A DNA stretch of 64,000 nucleotides from Polyangiales bacterium (lineage in GTDB: Bacteria; Myxococcota_A; Polyangia; Polyangiales; JADJQN01), in contig CAXNJO010000001.1 in the NCBI GenBank assembly GCA_964202905.1, forward strand, positions 704,001 through 768,000, read 5' to 3'. Under the pieces are notes generated by a model that was not told the origin of the DNA, did not search any database, and saw nothing but the letters and a program-made list of their open reading frames with translations. Positions 62,760 to 64,000 of this stretch are shown in pieces. Numbering within the stretch: position 1 is the stretch's first letter; every line of letters begins with the position of its first letter. Position numbers and translations under genes: made by a program.

Positions 62760-64000
62760 AGCACGACGAGCAGGTACTCGCCCGCGCGCTCGACGCCGCC
62801 CGAGACGTACGTGTCGAGCACGATCGTGAAGGTGCCCGCGCCGAGGTCGAGCCCGACGTGCGTGTCGTGCCGCGCGAGGCAGCCCGCGGGTGCGCCCGAC
62901 GCGTCGAGCACGTGCACGTCGACGTCGACGGTGCCGCGGTCGAAGAGCCACACGTCCACGCGGCGGGGCGCGCCGAGCGAGAGCGTGTAGACGTACTCGG
63001 GCCCGCCCTCGTTCGCGGTCGAGCCGCAGCCCCCGTAGGTGCTGCGCGTTCGCTCGGTCGCGAAGACCGTGTTGCGCGCGTCGGTGAAGGGCAGCGTGTC
63101 GACGATGAATGGCGATTCAGTCGTGCCCGCACCCACGCGGCGGGGCCCGGGATCGTCGGGCGGTGGCTCGCCCGCGGCGACCACGCGGCGCGCGCGGTCG
63201 AGCGCCTCGAGCGTGACGAGGTTCCGCACGTTGTAGCCGTACGTGAGGCCCGCCGCGGTGAAGTCGCAGGCGCCGCCGGGGGCGAGGTTCGGGTGCACTC
63301 CGTCGCTGCCGAGCCCGTGCCCGGGGAGCGGCAGCAGCGCGCCGTGGAAGTCGACGTACGGCACCTGCCGCGCCTCGGCGACGGCGCGCACGATCGCCTT
63401 GTAGAGGGGCACACGCGCGTCGGCGGCGGCGTCGTCGTCGCGCGGCGGGAAGGTCGAGACGATCGGCACGACGCCGCGCCCGGTCAGCGTGTCGACGAGG
63501 TCGAGCACGTTGTCCGCGTAGCGCGTGGGTGTGTTCGCGCCGATGTCGTTGGTGCCGTACATGACGACGGCGAAAGCGGGGCGGGCCGCGTCGAGCTCCT
63601 GCACGACGCGCGGCGGCGTCGTGCCCTCGACCACGCTCCACGCGCTCCAGCCGACGCCCGCGGCGAGCGAGGTGCGCGTGTACGGGCTCGTGCCTGCGGC
63701 GTCGCCCGCGCCGAAGTGCGCGACCGTGCCGGCGAGCGCGTCGCGCCCGCCGAGGTTCACGCGGCTGCCCGCGAGGCAGTGCAGAAAGCCCGTCGAGACG
63801 GTGATCGAGTCGCCGACCTTCGCGAGCACGTCTTCACGCAGCGTCGGGTCGTTCGTGCGGATGCGCGCGAGCTCGGCGGCCACGTACGGGCTGAGCGGCG
63901 AGTGGCGCGCGTCGGCCGGATAGCGCGTCGGCTCGGGCGGCAGCCCTGCATCGGGCATCCCCGCATCAGGCGGGCCCGCGTCCTCCCCACCGAGGTCCGC
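62756..64000 (-). CDS. SGNH/GDSL hydrolase with C-terminal PPC-like domain (5' end outside window)
   Basis: VGDSIT, YGTND, DGVHPN; DAG linker at N-terminus; GPEYVY...DVDVHVL...FTIVLDT C-terminal domain. Confidence 0.88.
   Translation of the reverse strand, partial: ADLGGEDAGPPDAGMPDAGLPPEPTRYPADARHSPLSPYVAAELARIRTNDPTLREDVLAKVGDSITVSTGFLHCLAGSRVNLGGRDALAGTVAHFGAGDAAGTSPYTRTSLAAGVGWSAWSVVEGTTPPRVVQELDAARPAFAVVMYGTNDIGANTPTRYADNVLDLVDTLTGRGVVPIVSTFPPRDDDAAADARVPLYKAIVRAVAEARQVPYVDFHGALLPLPGHGLGSDGVHPNLAPGGACDFTAAGLTYGYNVRNLVTLEALDRARRVVAAGEPPPDDPGPRRVGAGTTESPFIVDTLPFTDARNTVFATERTRSTYGGCGSTANEGGPEYVYTLSLGAPRRVDVWLFDRGTVDVDVHVLDASGAPAGCLARHDTHVGLDLGAGTFTIVLDTYVSGGVERAGEYLLVVL

Noticed and set aside
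60862..63414. 850-aa extended PhoH ORF
   Set aside because: The N-terminal extension overlaps the J-domain and SGNH genes; the PIN domain begins at GTG 62193.

Overview
Very GC-rich bacterial DNA with a myxobacterial (Myxococcota, probably Polyangia/Sandaracinaceae-like) signature: MYXO-CTERM tails, Cys-rich MopE-type repeats, PEGA protein, Ser/Thr kinase and an ECF-FecR module. The taxonomy is inference. Several genes are split by frameshifts, many probably assembly errors. The first 9.6 kb is the 3' part of a giant Thr-rich surface protein. It has about 43 copies of a ~66-aa repeat, nested as 66 -> ~133 -> 534 aa, that appear to be inserted inside a vWA-like domain; a P450 and a GlcD-type oxidase follow. 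The rest mixes housekeeping genes (moaD-moaE fusion, glpAB, gluQ, DEDDh exonuclease, gloB, rsmD-coaD, PIN-PhoH) with secreted and membrane proteins. Most notable: (1) an ECF sigma / FecR-TPR / vWA-lipoprotein module with an identical TTGGAAAT-N13-GACGAC promoter-like motif before both the sigma gene and the lipoprotein gene; (2) intergenic tandem arrays with 11, 22, 23, 32 and 62 bp periods plus two dispersed short palindromes; (3) an Lgt-like/beta-barrel-like fusion; (4) an M15-like peptidase with actinobacterial-type repeats and a MYXO-CTERM tail. No rRNA, tRNA, CRISPR array, transposase or integrase was recognised. All family calls come from reading motifs by eye, not from database searches.
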